A stretch of DNA of 64,000 nt from an uncultured Thermoleophilia bacterium (lineage in GTDB: Bacteria > Actinomycetota > Thermoleophilia > UBA2241), in contig CAVQSP010000003.1 of assembly GCA_963715985.1 (NCBI GenBank), positions 55,679 through 119,678 on the forward strand, written 5' to 3'. Below, one piece after another: positions 60,471 through 64,000 of this stretch (its first letter is position 1; each line of letters opens with the position of its first letter). The position numbers were made by a program, and so were the translations under genes. The notes below the pieces were generated by a model. It saw nothing but the letters and a program-made list of their open reading frames with translations, had not been told where the DNA came from and did no database searches.

Positions 60471-62461
60471 TTGGGGGCCAGCCAGGGTTGGAGCGGCCGC
60501 CTGCTGTGGGTCGACTTGAGCAGCGGCCGCCAGGAGGTACAGGCGCTGTCCGCAGACTGGGCGCGGACCTACGTCGGGGCTCGGGGCTTCGGCATACGGC
60601 TCCTCTACGACTTGACGGGACCCGATACCAAGCCTCTCGGCGCAGACAACGTGGTCATCATTGCCGCGGGACCCCTGACCGGGACCTTGGCTCCGTCCTC
60701 CTCCCGCTGTGAAGTGATCAGCAAGTCGCCGCTCACCGGCATCTACGGGCGTGCCGATGTCGGGGGCGCCTTCGGCGCCAAAATGAAGTACGCAGGCTAC
60801 GACGCCATCATCGTGCGCGGAGCCGCCGAGAAACCGGTCTATATCTGGATCGAGGATGACTCGATCCAGATTCCGGATGCCGGGCATCTGTGGGGCAAGG
60901 ACGTCTGGCAGGCACGACAGGCGATATGCCACGACGCACCGCACTGGTCCGAGCAGCCCCTCGTTCCTGAACAGCATCGGGACGCTGAGCATCGGACCGG
61001 CCGGCGAGAACCTCAGCCTGGCCGCCTGTGTCATGGACGGAGTGGCCCACGCCGCAGGCTCTGGGGGGGCTGGGCGCGGTCTGGGGGTCCAAGCAGCTCA
61101 AAGCCGTGGCCGTGCGCGGCAGCCGCGGCATCGATCTTGCTCGACCCGAGGAGTTCATGCAGCTGTGCCAGACGCAATGGACACGGTACGAGGACGACCC
61201 GATGTATGCGAGCACGCGCAAGTGGGGCACCCTCGGCTGGGTCGGAGGATCTGACAGCCGGTCCACGATCTCCGACATGATGCTGGGTGGTCGCCTCGAG
61301 GAGATCGAAGAACAGGCCTTCGTGCCCCTGATCGAGAAGAGCCGGGCCTGCTATGGGTGTCAGATCCACTGCGACCATTTCCTCCACGTGAAAGAGGGCA
61401 AGTACAAGGGCACCAAGGGCGAGGGAGTCGAGGGCTGGGTCCAGATCCAGGGCCTGTCGTTCAAGACGGCGAGTGCGCCCTTCCTGGCCCGGTACAACAA
61501 CCTCTGCAACCAACTCGGCCTCAATGTCGCCTCGGTGGGTAACGCCATCATCTGGGCCATCGAGTTGTGGAAGCAGGGGATCATCGACCCCGCCGACACC
61601 GACGGCCTCGAAGTCACGGAAGGCAATGAAGAGACGATCCTGGAGCTGACCCGCAAGATCGCCTATCGTGACGGCTTCGGGGACATACTTGGCCGACTAC
61701 CCCGTTGAGGCGGGTCGAAAGCTGGGAAGGAGTTCTGAGCCTACGCGTCCCACACCAAGGGACAAGCTGCATGGGTGCCCGGTCACGGCATCGGGATCAC
61801 GCTCATCTATACCCTCTCCCTGAACGTCAACACCCGGGGATACGACCATCTCATGGGCGGCATGAGTATCCTCACGCCGGACCTGCGGGAGGAATGGGGG
61901 ATCACTCGGGAGCTGTTGGCGCGTCTAGGCGAGGAGCGCTATGGCGACCCCGCGATCTTCCGCGACAACAAGTGGGCCTATCATCCACGGATCGTCCAGG
62001 CAGAGTGCGATTTCGAGCACATGATGGTCATGGCAGACATGGCGGGGACCTGTAAGTTCGCCACCCAGTACAACCAGCCGGTGGAGGGGATCGAACTGCC
62101 CGAGTGGAGTGGATTCCTCTCCGCGGCCACCGGGGAGAGCTTCACCAGCGCGAGCCCTTCAGGCCGCCGCGCGGCGGATCATCACGCTCGAGCGCTGCTA
62201 CAACGCCCGGGAGGGCGTGAGACGCCTCGACGACTACCCCTTCTTCCTCTGGTGGCAGAAGAGGTTCGGGGAGCCGCACCCTCTGTACACCGAAGCGGGA
62301 GGTGCCGTTCACGGCGGCGGAGTACGACCGGATCCTTGACGAGTGGTACGAGCGCGCGGTTGCGACCTGCAGAGCGGGATCCCGACCTGGAGGAACTCAT
62401 GCGCTCGGGGCTCGAGGACGTGGCGGACGACCTCGACAGCAGGGGCGTCCTGACCGGCTGA
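60471..62461 (+). CDS. aor: Tungsten aldehyde:ferredoxin oxidoreductase family protein; several frameshifts
   Basis: LWVDLS, SKSPLTG, KYAGYDAIIVRG, IGPAGEN, GAVWGSKQLKAVAV, CYGCQIHC, GTCKF, ERCYNAREG. Confidence 0.85.
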
Positions 62462-62484
62462 CCGGGAGGGTCGCTCCCGGTGCG

Positions 62485-63932
62485 TCAGGCCAGGCAGTAC
62501 GCGTCGAGCTGGCGCCGGACGACCGGGTCAAGATCGTCCGGCGGCTGATGCTCCGCGAGGCGGCGGGCCACTTCGCGGGCGGCGGCGGCGCGCAGTTCCT
62601 CGGCGCCGCCGGCCTGCCACTTCTCGAGTGCGTCGCGCATGAGGAACGACGGGTGCAGGTGGTCGCGGGCGTGCCGGCTGTGTGTGACTGCCCCAGGTAC
62701 CCGCCGGCAGGCCCGACGCCGTCGATGACATCTTCTGCAAGCTGCTCCGCGTCCGCGTCCGCGGGCTCCGCCTCGGCACGGAACATCGCGATCAGCTCGT
62801 CGTCCATGACCATCTTCTCCACCGACGCGGTGTTGAACGAGCTGAGCACGCCGGCGCCCTGCATGATGAAGTCGGCGCCGGCCCGCATCCCGGCGCCCAA
62901 GCAGAGCGCCGATTCCAGCATGGCCTGGGAGTCCGGGAGGTGGGCGTCGGTGACGGCCGCGCCGGCCCGCACCGGCAAGCCGCAGAGGCGCGCCAGCCCC
63001 ACAGTCGCCTCGGCCATGCCGGCGAACTCCGGCGTGCCGAAGGTGGCCATGCCGGTGCGCAGGTCCGAGACCGTCGACAGGCCGCCGTAGACGAAGGGGC
63101 TTCCATCTCGGACGACTTGCGCCAGCACCAGCGCCGCCAGCACCTCGGCATGCTGCACGACGAGCGTGCCGGCCGGCGTGGCGGGGCCGGTCGTGCCGCC
63201 CATGGTGCAGGCCGTGACACAGGACGGCTGGCCAAGCCGCGCCCAGCGCACCAGCAGGCGCGCATTCTCGCCGGCGAGCTGCAGCGGCGACGTCGTGTTC
63301 AGGACGATGAGGGCGCGGGGCACGCTCGCCCAGCCCGCGCCCCAGAGGATCTCGTTGATGGCGACGGCCTCGTCCAGGTCCTCGTCGGTGCTCGCGATCC
63401 ACTCGTTGCTCTTGTCGCTGAGAGTGAGCCGTGCGTGCGTCGCACGGCGCGTGCGCAGGTCCTCTGGGAGGTCCAAGGGCTCGACGGCGTCGGCCTGGAA
63501 GCCGATCTGGGCCGAGACGTGGGCGATCCTGGCCACGTCCTCGACGTCCGCGAGGCGCCCGGCGCGCAACTCGTTCCCCTCCAGCACGTAGGCGGGACCG
63601 GAGACGGTGCCGATCACGGTGAGGCCCTCGCCGAAGGTCAGGTCGCGCCCCGCCGAGCGGCCGGCGAGCACGAAGGCCGAGGGCGCGGCGGCCAGCGCCG
63701 CCTGCACCGCGTCCTCCGTGATCCACACGCGCCGGCCGTCGGCCCGCGCGCCGCGCGCCACCAGCAGCGCCACGGACTCGTCGTCCTGGACCAGCACCCC
63801 CGTGCGCTCCAGGATGCGGAGCGCGGCAGCGTGGATGGCCTCGATGTCGGCGGGCATGAACATCGTCACCCGGTCAGATGCAGTCGAGGTGCGGCCGGAG
63901 ACATCGGTCGATGTGCGGGAGCCCCGCCTCAC
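62485..63932 (-). CDS. mttB: MttB-superfamily methyltransferase, non-pyrrolysine; frameshift near 62680
   Basis: IHAAALRILERTGV, NTTSPL, GGTTGPATPAG, HAEVLA, DLRTG, RAGAA-V-TDAH, VGPAGGYL. Confidence 0.86.
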
Positions 63933-64000
63933 GCGTTCGGCACGAAGCCGTCGACGACGGCGTCGATGCGCGCCCTTAGGTCGTCCGGCAGCGGCGCCGA
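63929..64000 (-). CDS. 3' end of a further gene, probably another MttB homologue
   Basis: SAPLPDDLRARIDAVVDGFVPNA* resembles the PLPDD/PLPEG C-termini of other MttBs here; only 23 codons visible. Confidence 0.45.
   Translation of the reverse strand, partial: SAPLPDDLRARIDAVVDGFVPNA

Noticed and set aside
2300-63932. Frequent frameshifts as programmed frameshifting or mass pseudogenisation
   Set aside because: Single-base indels scattered through unrelated, otherwise conserved genes without slippery motifs fit long-read consensus errors
1-64000. tRNA-Pyl or pylS/B/C/D genes
   Set aside because: No CTCTAAA-type anticodon arm or Pyl synthetase/biosynthesis motifs found by eye; they must lie elsewhere if the Pyl reading is right

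Overview
A very GC-rich (roughly 70% by eye), gene-dense bacterial window devoted to anaerobic catabolism of methylated amines and amino-acid derivatives. Tat-lipoprotein ABC binding proteins and the GC content suggest an anaerobic actinomycete-like host, but that is inference. It holds eight MttB-superfamily methyltransferase genes plus a probable ninth cut by the right edge. The main result is that two of them (831-2303 and 5864-7336) are split in the ORF track only by an in-frame TAG at the known pyrrolysine position (…SWVAGQ-TAG-GDSKVVDAQSGHEKT…), while the adjacent paralog has Leu there. They are best read as pyrrolysine-containing proteins, although no pyl gene or tRNA-Pyl is visible in the window. 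Around them are a histidine-utilisation-like pathway with non-canonical active-site residues in three enzymes, a second MIO-less (ergothionase-like) lyase, a Tat-less reductive-dehalogenase homologue, an apparent MmgE/PrpD-MttB fusion, an aconitase X/LarA/2-hydroxyacid dehydrogenase module, Mo and W oxidoreductases and peptide-family ABC transporters. Non-coding signals include a candidate 16-bp operator (consensus GTCCCACATGTGGGAC) at five or more promoter regions and four copies of a fixed-spacing ~80-bp palindromic element. Many genes carry single-base frameshifts that look like long-read errors, and 55.9-59 kb is scrambled with inverted gene fragments. All family calls come from motif recognition by eye; no searches were run.
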